Source: Octopus sinensis (lineage: Eukaryota). Taken from it: a stretch of DNA of 64,000 nucleotides. The position numbers were made by a program, and so were the translations under genes. The notes under the pieces were generated by a model. The model was not told the DNA's origin, searched no databases, and was given only the letters and a program-made list of their open reading frames with translations. The stretch lies in contig NC_043008.1 of NCBI RefSeq assembly GCF_006345805.1, positions 76,570,001 through 76,634,000 of the forward strand, in the 5' to 3' direction. Below are positions 39,721-52,730 of this stretch, in pieces. The stretch's first letter is position 1. Each line of letters begins with the position of its first letter.

Positions 39721-41392
39721 ATTCTGAATATATCCGTGTATAGTGGTAGAAAGGATCTATGAACATATTCTTACACAGTAAACATGGCTCGAGCACTTTC
39801 AACTTATACTCTACCAACGGTTACTCGATAGTCTGTGTTGAATTGTTGGCCGGTTAAGGCTACCACAGAACAACATGAATGGACTCATAGACTGAATTCC
39901 ACATAGTTTCTGCGTAGTAAATTTCATTCGGAATGGCTTGATCGACTGGACGCTATATTAGAAGACACATGCTCTAAGTGACTTGACATAATGTGATTAA
40001 AACAACTTAATTATATACAAATTATACATATCATATATATGCATGTGTGTGTGTGTATGTGTGTGTGTGTGTGTGTGTTATATTCAGAAGCAGACCGTTA
40101 CATAAAGTGGTTAGGTAGATATGTACATTAGTGAAAACTAAATATGACATCAGTGAGGAAGATAATGAACGTTAGGTTAGTATTAACAGAAATGTTATTT
40201 TCACTATATCTTTGAATAATGTAGAAATAATTTCTTACATATTATAGCACCCAGCTATGTGGAAATCTAAGACAAAAACGACGCAAAGTTTAAAGTTTAT
40301 TGGAAGGCAGCTAGAGGGAGAGGTGCAGAAACAACTATTTCCTTCGCAGAGCAATCAACGTAAATGAATGAACATGGCGCCATACACTTTCATATTATTA
40401 AGAATAAATTTCCTCATAGAAAAGCAAAGGCATATAGATAAAGTGCTGTAGAAAATAAAAGAAAAATCCAAACTCCATCCACCACTATGTCCCCTACACC
40501 TTTCACAGCTGATGTAGGAGATCATTCTATGTCAACCCTCATTATACCATCGACCTCTCCCCTCCTTGCCTCAGCAACCTCTCCCTTCCTTGCCTCATCA
40601 ACTTCATCCTTCCCTGAACATCAACCTCACCAATCGCTAAGTACGCCACACTCTCCAACGACGAACTCTCAGGATAGATTTCTTTTCAGATAAAGCATCT
40701 TAGTGTTAAGTGCTTGAAAATAAACGTAGTAATGGTAATTTTCTTTTCATTACGTATTTGGTGTAATGCATGTAAAAAATTATACGATGAAGCGCATTTA
40801 AATGTTATTTAGTAATATTTTAGTAGAAAGGATATGTTTTGTTAATTAAATAGAATTTGTTTTAATATGTATTAGCCACTATTAAAGGAGAGTTTCTACT
40901 GTATCTAAAATAGTTTGTTGCTTCACAAAGTACAAATTTTATTTCATTACAATTACAATATGTGTATTTTATTATATTAGTAAAACTTGTTCTTTACTTA
41001 TGTTAACGCTTTTATTTCTTGATATTTCCCTCACTTCTGTTAAATTCAGAATACTAATAACAATACTGATGCATAAGCAGAGTTTTAATGAGTCCTGTGA
41101 AGTGCTAGGATAATTTAAAGAGTGATGAACAGATATCAGGAAAAATTAGTTATCCGGCAATACGGGAACGTATATACTCACCCACGCGCATGCAGTCAAA
41201 AACTTTGATGCAAATTGAATTAGAAAATTACACACACACACACATGCATTCATATATAAATATAAGCATGTATATAGACAGACACACACACACAGATAGA
41301 TAGGCAGACAAGCAGATAGGTAGATTGGGACATAGAGAAAAAGATTGATAGATAGATAGATAAATAGACACAAAATTACATATCTACATATA

Positions 41393-41426
<34 letters not shown>

Positions 41427-41801
41427 TATATATATATATATATGTGTAAATGTATATGTATGTCTATTATGTGTATATGCATATGTGTATATCTATCTAT
41501 ATATATATAATTATACTTTATTTAAAGCAGCAGAAAATTCAACAAAATCTGTTACTCTGAGTTTCTCGTTGCCGTTCATCAGACAGTTTTACTCCGGTAT
41601 ATATAATTATATGCAAACACACATACATATACATGTATGTATGTTTGTCTGTATGTGGGAGATGGAGAGAAATGGGAGAAGGGAATAAAATAGAGATTTG
41701 TAGCGAGAGAAATATTTTCTATTAAGAATCTATAAGTTAAAAACATACGCTTGAAGTCATGAAAGGTAAAAAGCAATTTTTTAAAAAGTGAAAAGGAATA
41801 T

Positions 41802-42922
41802 CATCATCATCATCATTGTTCGACCGTGGTCGAGACAATGGAATTTACCATGTTACGCCAGACTTCACGGTCCATCATAGCATTACGGAGGTCCTGTTGC
41901 TGGATGCCTGTATCCCTGGAGATTACATCAGGGTAGGAGAGTGTGCGCCCTCTGGTGTTGCGAGCAGATGGCTTCCAGAGAAGAGTAGAAATTACTTATT
42001 TTTCAGCTCTACAACAATGTCCAGCAAACTGGACTCTCCTACCTTTCACAAGAGATGACACAGGTGGTAATTTCCCATATATTTGCATTTTAGTTGGATG
42101 GCGCCTCCACGAGAGATTTTGAGCTCTCATAAGGAGGCGAGTGTAGGTTCCATCCAACCGCCTCTCAAGCTTCTTTGATAACGTCCAGGTTCTGAGCCAT
42201 ATAGTAGGATTGGTTCGACTGTGGCTTGAATATTTCAAGTTTGAAGTCTCTACTTAGATTTGATGACCAGATCTTATGCATGTCATTACAGGCTGACCAG
42301 GCCATACCCTTTCTAGTTAGAAAGTCTTTTCCAGATGATGATATGTATGACCCAAGATATTTATAATCAGAAACCATATTTAAAGGTGCACTGTTGAGAG
42401 TGTGGATGATGCAATCACTGTTGGACAGGCACTTGTTTATGTATTCAGTTTTGGTCTCATTGAGGTAAAGACCTACACAATTTGAGGCTTGTTCAAGAGA
42501 TTGTAAAAGAGACTGGGCATTGGAGAGAGAATCACTGATAAGAGCGATGTCGTCAGCAAAGTCAGTGTCTGTCAAGTACTCAGCTGGGTGTCTGGAACTT
42601 CTTCTTGGTTTTATTTCAAAGCCCTTGCCAGAGATGGTATCAACTGACATACGTAGCACATAATCAACAACAATGATGAAAAGAAATGGGGCGAGTGTGT
42701 CTCCCTGCAGTATTCCGGCCTCGATCGAGAAAGATGATGTTTCTCCATCAGGGGTTAAGATGGTTGAAGACGTATCTGTGTAGAGGACCTTGATGGCAGA
42801 AATAATTTTGTCTGGTATCCCATAGAGCTTAAGGATTTCAAACATCTTGTACCTATCTACAGAATCGAACGCCTTAGAAAAGTCTACAAATACCATTGCA
42901 AGATCGCGATTAAATGCTTTTG
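41802..42922 (-). mobile_element. 5'-truncated RTE/RTEX-type LINE, relatively young
   Basis: 243-aa RT ORF (FVDFSKAFDS, GILQGDTLAP, DFADD, YKYLGS) with a frameshifted C-terminus. (GAT)n tail. 8-bp TSD AGGAATAT at 41794-41801 and 42923-42930. Confidence 0.9.
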
Positions 42923-43150
42923 AGGAATATATATTATCTTGAGTTTACCATTTTTGTTTCAGGAGTAATATATTTGTGAGTTAAGGGACTTATGATATTG
43001 CAATCATTCCAGGAAATATATTTCTGATTCTTAAAACTAAAAGTTAGGCTTAAATTCTTTATTCTTTTTATATTTATGTCACAATGTTATTCCCTTTTTA
43101 AATGAAGGCTCAAATATTATGTTTGAAACAGCTTTAACTAGAATTATGAC

Positions 43151-43206
<56 letters not shown>

Positions 43207-43662
43207 ACACACACAGACATGGGTTAAAATACATTTATCTAATGTGTGTGTGTGTAAACATTTATTATGGAGTTGAAATCATTCTCAGTTGATATTGGAA
43301 ATTACGCATGTGCCCCTATTCACATCATATATATGAGAATGTCCTCCACCCACCGCATGTCACTCGTTCTTTTGTTTTTGTGAATATTCATTTATCAATT
43401 GCAAAAGGTAACATTTTTAATAAAACACATCATCCTCGAAAGATGTTTAACCAACCTTCCTTCTCATTATACTCTCAATATACAAATCTAATGTGTGGGG
43501 GTGGGTGTATGCGTGTGCGTGTGCATGTGAATCCACGTGTGTGTGAGTGTATACATATAGTAAGAATTTTGCACAATTATTCATTTAGCACATTCATCGC
43601 TTTCTTAGAGATTCATCATGAATTATTTATTTGCAGGAAATTCATGCCGTTTATATATATAT

Positions 43663-43710
<48 letters not shown>

Positions 43711-43780
43711 TTAGTTCAAAAAATCTAGAGTTGAACTGGGAAGAGAATGTTCCTTGTTATTTTTGAATTTTTATGTGTAT

Positions 43781-44575
43781 GTAGGCGCAGACGTGACTAT
43801 GTGGTAAGAAGTTTGTTTTCCAACCACATGGTTCTGGGTTCAGTTCCACAGCGTAGCACCTTAGGAAAGTGTCTTCTACTATAGCCTCGGGTGGGCTAAG
43901 TCTTGTTAGTGGATTTAGTAGACGGAAACTGAAAAAAGCTCGTCGTATATTGTATTATATTTAAAAGGAGAATTCAGGTAGGTTCAACAATTTATAAATA
44001 TAATAGACATACATGGGTAGAAATACTATACTGCTGTATAAAAAATATTAGCCTCTTAAAAGGTATATATTGAAGATATCATCCTACTTAGAGATTAAGA
44101 GCGTTGCTAAAAAGATATTTTTTAAAATATTAAAAAATACTTTTAATATTTTAAAAATATTTGTTAATATTGTTTTTAGTATATTTTAAATATTTTTTTA
44201 AAATATCTTTTTAACAACGCTCTTAGGATGATGTCTTCAATATATACCTTTTAAGATGCTAATGTTTTTTTTACACAACAGTATAGTTTTTCTACCCATA
44301 TATGTCTATTATATATTTATATATTTATGCATCTGTAAATTTTTAATGATTTATAATATTATAATGAGTGATACATTAAATATACTTTAATAATTTTCAT
44401 ACACCGGCTTTAAGGCTTAGTATATGTTGTATTAGTATTCTAAATTGCTGAACCTACCTGAATTCTCATTTAAATATAATATATATCTAACGTCTCAGGT
44501 TGTCTACCTGAGCAGTGCTCCAGCATGGCCGCAGTCAGATGACTGAAACAAGTAAAAGAATCAAAGTATAAAAGA
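43781..44575 (+). mobile_element. Family A SINE split by a fold-back insertion (head 43781-43950, tail ~44510-44575)
   Basis: Both parts match 56599-56995. Confidence 0.7.
43953..44481. repeat. AT-rich fold-back element
   Basis: 43953-43994 is inverted at 44441-44481, and 43995-44130 is inverted at ~44190-44320. Confidence 0.8.
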
Positions 44576-44870
44576 ATATACACACGCACAAATAGATTAA
44601 AAAAACTCAGAACATTCCCTTCTCAATTCAACTGCTGTATTTTTCTAGTCATAAATATATATATATATATATATATATAACATTATATAAAAGGGCTTAG
44701 TAAAATAAATTACTTTGCCGCATACTGAACTCATCAGAAATAGCAGCTAAAAAAACTTTTTTAAACTATTTCTAATACTTAAAGAAAACCTCTCTCATAT
44801 AGTGTTTGCTCAATTCAACTCACGAAAATATGGGGGTAGAGACATTAAAAAATCAAATGCAAAGGTTATT

Positions 44871-44923
44871 TGAGAACGTACGTTTCAAGATTAGTCAAAC
44901 TCGACATTTCTATCATCAGCTCA
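44871..44923 (-). ncRNA. Minimal type I hammerhead ribozyme (inverted copy)
   Basis: Reverse complement of 45625-45677. Confidence 0.7.
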
Positions 44924-45624
44924 GAACTCCCTGGTTTGGATTTGAAAACACTGAAAGTGGGAGCATACCCTTTCGGCTTCTTATCGCTTCTGAAGATCTG
45001 CTCGTAACTAACAGTGCCAACAAACTCAAAAATGCAAGCGAAGAATTTCTGCTCTCCCCTTTCCACCAGCGTGGGTTAAAATCAGTAAACACTATGCTTT
45101 TTTCGGTAAAATCCGGGGCATTATATAGAGAGAGATGAATTATAATTTCAACAATTGAGGGTAAAATTAATTAATTAATCAATTTCACCAAGTATTCAGT
45201 ATTTTCTTTAAGTATTAGAAATAGTTTTAAAAAAGTTTTTTTAGCTGCTATTTCTGATGAGTTCAGTATGCGGCAAAGTAATTTATTTTACTAAGCCCTT
45301 TTATATAATGTAATAATTTGAATTCGCCTTAAATGGTCCCTTTGCATACTGAATACTTGGTGAAATTGATTAATTAATTAATTTTACCCTCAATTGTTGA
45401 AATTATAATTCATCTCTCTCTATATAATGCCCCGGATTTTACCGAAAAAAGCATAGTGTTTACTGATTTTAACCCACGCTGGTGGAAAGGGGAGAGCAGA
45501 AATTCTTCGCTTGCATTTTTGAGTTTGTTGGCACTGTTAGTTACGAGCAGATCTTCAGAAGCGATAAGAAGCCGAAAGGGTATGCTCCCACTTTCAGTGT
45601 TTTCAAATCCAAACCAGGGAGTTC

Positions 45625-45677
45625 TGAGCTGATGATAGAAATGTCGAGTTTGACTAATCTTGAAACGTACGTTCTCA
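45625..45677 (+). ncRNA. Minimal type I hammerhead ribozyme
   Basis: TGAG-CTGATGA-TAGAAATGTCGAGTTTGACTAATCTT-GAAA-CGTACG-TT-CTCA. 4-bp stem I, intact core boxes, palindromic stem III, GUU triplet. Confidence 0.7.
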
Positions 45678-45959
45678 AATAACCTTTGCATTTGATTTTT
45701 TAATGTCTCTACCCCCATATTTTCGTGAGTTGAATTGAGCAAACACTATATGAGAGAGGTTTTCTTTAAGTATTAGAAATAGTTTTAAAAAAGTTTTTTT
45801 AGCTGCTATTTCTGATGAGTTCAGTATGCGGCAAAGTAATTTATTTTACTAAGCCCTTTTATATAATGTAATAATTTGAATTCGCCTTAAATGGTCCCTT
45901 TGCATACTGAATACTTGGTGAAATTGATTAATTAATTAATTTTACCCTCAATTGTTGAA

Positions 45960-46010
<51 letters not shown>

Positions 46011-46296
46011 AAAGGCAAGAATTTTCTGCAAATAAATTGTTCATGATGCATCTCTCAAAACGATTTGAAAGCGTTAAACAAATACTTATTCCAAATTCTC
46101 ATTACTTCTTGTTCTTAATATATTTAATCTGTACACCACTTCAAACAATTTATACATACATGAGAATGTATGTGTGTATGTGTGTGCGTGTGTCAGTTTG
46201 TCTGTGCCTGTGTGTGTCTTTCTGTTTGTATGTATGGAAACATGTCGAATTACCTCATTTAGAGTGTACTGTCGCAATGATATATCGTGCACGGAT

Positions 46297-47005
46297 ATTT
46301 TCACCGCTCTCTACGTCATAGCCAATGGACAGATCACATATTCACCCAGAGACAGCTTATAGAAAAAGCGAAAGAATACAAGCTGTCTCTAAGTATTGCT
46401 TTCGTCGTCAACGAAAATGCCTTCGACAGCATTGAGAAGAATGCAGTGCCGAAATTTCTGAAATCCAAGGAGTCGACGAGTCGCTATATACTAAACTGCT
46501 CAGGGATGCGAGTTCCAGATGCACCACTACTATTGTCACTCGTAAGAGTTCCAGTAGTGAGGGGCATCAGACAGGATGGTACCGTCGTTCCGAAGCTCTT
46601 TACTACATGTTTAGAAATAGTTATCAGTGATATCGATAGGCATTATCACAACTCCGATTCGCAGATGACTTCGTACTCATCGCCATAAACATAGATTGGC
46701 TGCATAGCATGCTGACAAAGTTTGACACCCGTAGCTCAGCTGTAGACCTTAAAAGGAAGAGCATGAAAACAAAATATATGCAGTCCGAGAGCAAAGCACG
46801 AAGCTGAATAAGAGTGGGAAGCGATGAAGTCAAGGAGATAAAGAAGTACAGTTACTTGAGACACAGATGGTGAAATCTCGAGGACAATAAGGGTATAATG
46901 GAAGGCGTTTACCTCGATAAAAGATGTGCTCAAGGCAAAACTGAACTACTGACCCTAAGCACCAGTTTCTTCAACAGCACTGTCATACCTGCGATCTACC
47001 AAGAG
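46297..47005 (+). pseudogene. Old RTE LINE RT fragment
   Basis: DHIFTQRQLIEKAKEYKLSLSIAFV..ENAFDSIE, RGIRQDG..PKLFT and RFADDFVL. Confidence 0.75.
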
Positions 47006-47030
47006 GGTAGAATATCAATATCAATATATA

Positions 47031-47059
<29 letters not shown>

Positions 47060-47061
<2 letters not shown>

Positions 47062-47426
47062 CGGAGTAATGGCGCTAAGCACTGTTTACGTATAATCACA
47101 ATTTAGGTTAGTTGAAATATATTTCAACTACTAAAGGCAAATACACTGCAGTTACCGTGCAGAAAGATTCTCTCTTATTGTAAAAATGTGCTATCAGTGT
47201 CGCTCTCTCTCGGGAATCTCAGACATCGATGTTTCGAGTTTATTGACTCTTGTCGTGGAGATGTACCTAAGAGAGACAACTCTGAACGAACTGACCGCCA
47301 TTACTCCGATAATTTTCTCGATCGGACGATCTACTAGTGCAAATCAGTCGATGTGTTGGCTGAATTATATAATAAGCTATAAGCTTTATTCAGTTCATTC
47401 AGAGTTGCATCTCTAATCTACGTCTC
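47060..47426. mobile_element. Hammerhead monomer copy 1: inverted part 47060-47294 plus sense part 47296-47426, following (AT)n
   Basis: 47060-47283 is a diverged reverse complement of 52383-52631, and 47296-47426 matches 52617-52730. Confidence 0.85.
47216..47262 (-). ncRNA. Variant-core type I hammerhead
   Basis: ATCTCC-ACGACAA-GAGT-CAATAA-ACTC-GAAA-CATCGATG-TC-TGAGAT. Confidence 0.6.
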
Positions 47427-47719
47427 GTTTAGCTGCTGCTGCTTTTGTGAAGTCATTCTGTTTAATGTTTATTGTTATTGCACTGTTTGTTACACTGTTT
47501 GTTATACTTGTCGGATTTGAACTGTTACCGTTTTGTGAACGGTAATTTCGCCCTACGAGGAAGAAAATTGTACTTTGTTGGAAAAATACTACTGTTGGAC
47601 TGTTTTTCCTGTTAGTTTTTACCCGTTGAAGGGTGAAAATATTAATTTTTGTCATTGTTGGCAACTTATTTTTGAAAATTTGTGTGTTTATTCCTATTGA
47701 AGGAAACCATTTTTGACAA

Positions 47720-48988
47720 AATGGAATTTAATTTATTATCAAATAAGGATTTCTCTGAGATGGAAAAGTCAGAGAATGTTGAGAAGTACCAAAAGGAAAT
47801 AAGGAAAAACCCAGTTCGTTGGTCGCTGTAGACGGAAATTTAATAGAAATTAATGTTACCATGGAACAGTTTTTCAAGTACCGCAACTTAATCAAGAAAA
47901 ATGGTAACGATACCAAGTTACTGCCCCCGCAGGAGACAGTAAAAAGTTTAATAGCGAGAAAATATTCACCATAAAAGAAAAAAAATAATACCCGTGAAGA
48001 ATTTGGAGCCAAATTACCTACGTGGGACGTGGGATAAGGAGCGCTACTGTAGAGGCACAATTCAAAACGCAAATATTGCAAAGGAGGTATCGACGAGAAC
48101 GTTGAAAATCGAAGAAATTATATTACTAACCACATATCTAGGGCGAAGAACCGCCAAGATAGCGGTAGAAGAAATACCAGCAGGGTACGATGATATGGAG
48201 GAGATGGCAATACGACAAATGAAGAAGAGGAAGGTAGTGAATTGGAAGGGACAGACCCTCCAAATGTTGGTACAAGCGAACGAAGTGTTGGAAACGCTGC
48301 CCGATAGAGTTTTCATGGGGAAGGGGTTGAGCGTCAGAGTCGCGGTCGAGGGACGTAGGCCTCGGTGCTTCAAGTGTGGAGAAAAGGACCACGTCCGCTC
48401 AGAGTGCGAAAAACAGAAACAAAAAAAATTTGAACCCCTCCTAAAAAAATGCTAAAGATAACACGAACGAACAACAAGAAAAGGAAGAAAAAGAAATAGA
48501 AAAAGTAGAAGAAAAAAAGGACAAAGAGAAGCAGCATACCCAAGAGAAAACATTAGAAAACACAACTCTTGTGGTGGAAGAGGACATGGAATTTAAGACG
48601 GTCATATCACACATAAGGAAAAAAAACCCAAACCCCGGACTTCCCTCCCCAGACAAAGAAAACAAGCAAAAACTACACAGACACACAGAAAAAATTCCCC
48701 ACTCCACTCCCATGTTAAGTCATTCGAACGTATAAGGCGCATGTATATAAAATAATACAAGATATGCCACCTAACATCCGTTTGGTGAGAATGGATGTGG
48801 AGCTGTTCCAAGGGTTCAAAGAAAGATACCCCACGGACATTCATGATGTAAGCCAGGAGATGGCGGGAAAAAAGGTTTATTTTAGCCCAGCGGCTACACC
48901 ACAGAAGGAAAAAGATGGGGACGATGCCATATTTGTGCAGCCCCTCTCCAAACTTAAAATGCAATTAAACTTTTATTATGGAGATTAA
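47720..48988 (+). pseudogene. Tx1 ORF1 (gag-like zinc knuckle), disrupted
   Basis: VEGRRPRCFKCGEKDHVRSEC followed by a Lys/Glu-rich linker. Frameshifted, start approximate. Confidence 0.75.
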
Positions 48989-51900
48989 GTTAGGGTGTAT
49001 AAATAAACGTGGCCTGGGGTCGAAATGGAAACAAACTTGTCTCCTGGGCGAACTTAGGTTACTGGACATTGATGTATGTGTCGTGACTGAGTCCAAGCTG
49101 AACGGGCCACAAGCGTTCTCGCGTCTTCTAAATGGCTACGACAAAATTATTTCTCCGTGTCGGCGGGTAGGCGTGGGCGTAGTGGTCTTATTCAAAAAAA
49201 ATTGGACGTACAGGTAAGTACAGTCTTTCTGGACCCAGAATGTAAGCTGGTCGTTTTGAATATGATATATGTAACTGAGCTGTCCGAGTTGGTAGCTGTC
49301 TACGCTCCTAAAGAGTATAGACAAGCTGGTTTTTACCGGGACCTGTAGAGCTTCTTTTAGTGACGTCAAAACCTCTAGTTTTATTAGGAGACTTTAACAC
49401 TATTCTCGACGCACGAGTGGATTGTGTTGGATCGACTGATAAAAGGGGAAATCCTGCCTTCAAAAGGCTACTAGGAAGCTATAACCTAGCAGACCGATAT
49501 AGACTGAATGAACTGCTCGTTCCACAGTGGACGTGGGCTAATAACGACGGTTCACACAGATCTTATTTAGATAGGATAATTGTTAGAGATAGAGATAGGA
49601 ATACGTTTAGATGTTCACGCTTTTGTTGTGTCTCTTACACGGATCACATGTTTGTGACGTGCGAGGTGTACCTAGATAAGCTGGAAGATGAACATGTCTA
49701 TTTTGACTTGTAAAACCTTCCGTTCTCGGGTTAAGGAGTTATTGCAGATGGCATTAATCGGCGCCATCATTAATAATAGGTGGTGCTGCGCTCTCAAGCG
49801 AGCCATTTATTCTGAGTCTATTAGATTTAATAATCAGCTAAGTTTAGAGAAGACTAGTATAGAAGAGAAGTTAATTAAGGAATTAGAGGAGGCCTTGAAA
49901 TCTGGCACTTCATCCAGAGTGATGGCAGCGAAAGCGGTTTTGTTCCGTCATCTCAAAGCCAAACACGAAGGGTGTAGAGTCAGGGCTATTTACGTGCGGT
50001 AGGGAGAGAAGGTATTAACGTTTCCGGATGGCCACGTCGTGTGGAAAGCCGGAGAGGCAGAGAAGCCTCTATCAAGTCGTTAACGGACGGACATGGCCAT
50101 ACGATTCAAGGACAGCAAGAGATGCAAAAGGCTTTTCACCAGCATTTCGCCCGATTGTTCGGGGAGAGTGATGCTGGGCCGTGGTGAGTCCCTAAAGAAT
50201 TACCTTACCGGTGGACCGTGACTCTTGGCACGGGAGGCAGATTGCTGTGAAGGGCCGATTATAGCTGCGGAAGCCGAAGAGGTGCTGGCTGAGTGTGCCG
50301 GGGACAAATCGCCGGGGCTGGATGGTCTGCTCTAAGAATTTTATCGTAGTGTGCCGCACTTGTTCGGACACTTGCTGTCCTGCGTCTACACAAACTGGCA
50401 GCAAGATGGGATGATTCCCATCTCATAGTCGGGGAGTGGTGACCCTGATCAGAAAAGACCCGAGCAAGGGGGATCATATTAGTAATTTCAGGCCTATAAC
50501 TTTACTTAATGTTGAGTTAAAGAATTTCGCCAAGGTGCTAGCAAAAACGTTGACGCGTGTCGCGGAGAAACTTGTAGGGAAGGCGCAGACATGCGCCATC
50601 CCAGGACAATCTTCATCTCTTACGCTACACCTTAGACATGGTTGGTAAATTATCCGGTTAAGGTGAGGCACTGGTCGATTTAGACCAGAGTAAAGCGTTT
50701 GATAAGGTAGACACCGGTACCTGGCAGCGGTCCTCAATGCGGCTGGGCTAGGCTCGGACTTCCGCGGTTGGATCATTGCCATTTATGATGGCATCAAATC
50801 CACAGTCCAGATAAACGGTTACCTGTTGGTGCCGTTTGAGATCGAGCGCTCGATTCGGCAAAGGTGCCCTCTGTCTCCGCTTCTGTATGTACTGGCTCTT
50901 GAGCCATTGCTGCGGAAGTTGGAGAGTTTGGGGACATCCCTTATGAAATCTGATGTAGTAAGTCTGTTTCTGCTTATGCAGATGACGTCCAATGAAACTC
51001 AGTTACCTTGTGTAGAGGATGCAATAAAAGGATACGGGGCGGTTAACAAAGACAAGTCGATCGGCTTACGGCTCGGCACCTGGAGCGGAAAGACGACAAC
51101 GTCCAGTGTCGTGGGGCACTGGACAGATGGCCCTGTTAAGTTGCTTGGAGTCTGGTTCGGACCAGATTCCCAGAAGGAGAAAAATCAGAGCGAGGTGACA
51201 GCAGGGTGGAGGCGATATCCCTGCAAGAGAGGGAGTAAGTGGTGCAGGTGTTTATTGCATCTATTATCACCTACCGTCTGACCTTCGTGACTTGCTCTGA
51301 TTCGTAGCTAAGCAAGATAGCACGCCTTCTCTTCCGCTTGATGTGGAGGGGAGGAAAGCCGCTTGTGAGGTGCTCCGTATGCTGACAAGAACCGCTAAAG
51401 GGTAAGTTAGGGAAGGCGTGGTTAATGATGTGCAGGCATGCATTGAGAGTAAGGCATCTCTGGCTCTATCTTGATGGTGGCCAGTTGTTGAATTCGCTTG
51501 CAGAGGAATTCTTTCCACAATCGTCCTCCTTGGGGGAATTTATACCCGATTTGTTTAAAAGATGTAATACGACTGAATGGCAAAAGGAGTGCCGAGAGGC
51601 ACTTGCGTTAATCCACAAGGTGAGCAAGGCCGGCAGCAGGAATACCACCTCGGTATTTTATAAAGGCCTGTAGAGTTTAAGAGTGATGAGGTCCTGGGAC
51701 GTGCTCTGGGACTCGATGAGAACCAGCTAGCCAACCTATTTCAGAGAACTTTCAAGCCAGGGTACTTGGATAACTACCAAAAATGCCTGACCTAGCAATA
51801 CTATAGGAACGTGTTATCTGTGCCACCTGTATTCCCAAGATGCGGGAAGGACGATGAAACCGTCCTGCACGCTCTTGTACAGTGCTCGGAGCTTTCGGGC

Positions 51901-52185
51901 TCGATAATTTACGTAGAATACGTATTGTCGCATCTAGGAAGATTAGAGCTACCAAAGAAAGGTGAGGCATGTTTTTTGTGTACAGTTGCAGTGTTGAAAG
52001 AGTTTGTGTGGAGAACTAGAATGCAAGGGCTTGTGACAGGATCCTTCATCTCCGGCCCTGGGTTGCTGTAATACTTCACAAGATAGAGCAAGATAGGGCT
52101 GGAGAGGAGACACCTGTCGCGAAATATATTCGAGAAAAGATAGAAGGATGTAGCAAGTAAGTTGGGTGTGATTGATCCTACTTAA
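48978..52185 (+). pseudogene. Tx1 ORF2 (APE endonuclease, reverse transcriptase), disrupted
   Basis: MEIKLGCINKRGL, VYAP, LLGDFN, SYLDRI, KSPGLDGL, NFRPITLLN, KAFD, IRQRCPLSPLLYVLALEPL, AYADD, KLLGVWF and PRCGKDDETVLHALVQC. Confidence 0.9.
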
Positions 52186-52382
52186 TCTCATTCGCGGTCA
52201 AAGTAAGGTGTAGACGTTGGACTTCACTGTCATGGTGTGTCTGTAAAAAGTACAACATTTTTTAATGTTATATTAACAATCCGATTTTTTTTAAACATCT
52301 TAAATTGGACTCATAATCGCTCTATTTGTTTGTAATGTCCTGTACTGTCCTTTTCTGTATACGATGTAAATTATCAAAATAA

Positions 52383-52730
52383 AGAGTTATCTCTTAGGTA
52401 CATGTTATCGACAAGAGTCAATAAACTCGAAACATCGATGTTTGAGATTCCAGACAGAGGATGACACTGAACGAGCGGGGTGTTTTCACACCTTTTTACC
52501 ATGAGAGAGCTTTTTTCTCCCCGGTAACTGGTAACCCGGTAACATTTTGTAGTTGAACCATGTGACAAACATATTTCAACTAACCTAAATTGTGATTATA
52601 CGTAAACAGTGCTTAGCGCCATTACTCCGATAATTTTCTTGATCAGGCGATCTACTAGTCAATGTGTTGGCTGAATTATATATAAAGCTATAAGCTATAT
52701 TCAATTAGTTGCATCTTGTAGCTACATCTC
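52383..52730 (+). mobile_element. Hammerhead monomer copy 2 (complete, ~320-bp period) between two LINEs
   Basis: Begins AGAGTTATCTCTTAGGTACAT and ends AGTTGCATCTTGTAGCTACATCTC. Homologous to copies 1 and 3. Confidence 0.85.
52402..52448 (+). ncRNA. Variant-core type I hammerhead
   Basis: ATGTTA-TCGACAA-GAGT-CAATAA-ACTC-GAAA-CATCGATG-TT-TGAGAT. Confidence 0.6.

Larger units (their letters stand above)
44680..45967 (+). mobile_element. Young retrozyme/non-autonomous PLE-like element (558-bp monomer) inside (AT)n
   Basis: Near-perfect inverted repeat at 44680-45202 / 45346-45869 and 208-bp direct repeats at 45202-45409 / 45760-45967. (AT)n on both sides. One hammerhead per monomer. Confidence 0.85.
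47427..52383 (+). mobile_element. Near full-length degenerate Tx1/L1-clade LINE (copy 1)
   Basis: T-rich 5' UTR, ORF1 with a CCHC knuckle, ORF2 with APE, RT and a C-terminal Cys motif, and a 3' UTR ending AATAAA at 52378-52383. Confidence 0.9.

Noticed and set aside
40280-40360. Minus-strand CTGCGAA-G-GAAA-TAGTTG-TT hammerhead-like string
   Set aside because: No stem II or stem I, so it could be chance.
45254-45390. Second CTGATGA box with a 10-bp stem TTCAGTATGC/GCATACTGAA (also at 45812)
   Set aside because: GAAA is displaced from the stem and no stem I can be formed, so it is not called a hammerhead.
44806-45742. Two identical 110-aa ORFs and two identical 66-aa ORFs on opposite strands
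   Set aside because: They result from the inverted duplication, start at non-ATG codons, have no recognisable domain, and overlap the hammerhead.
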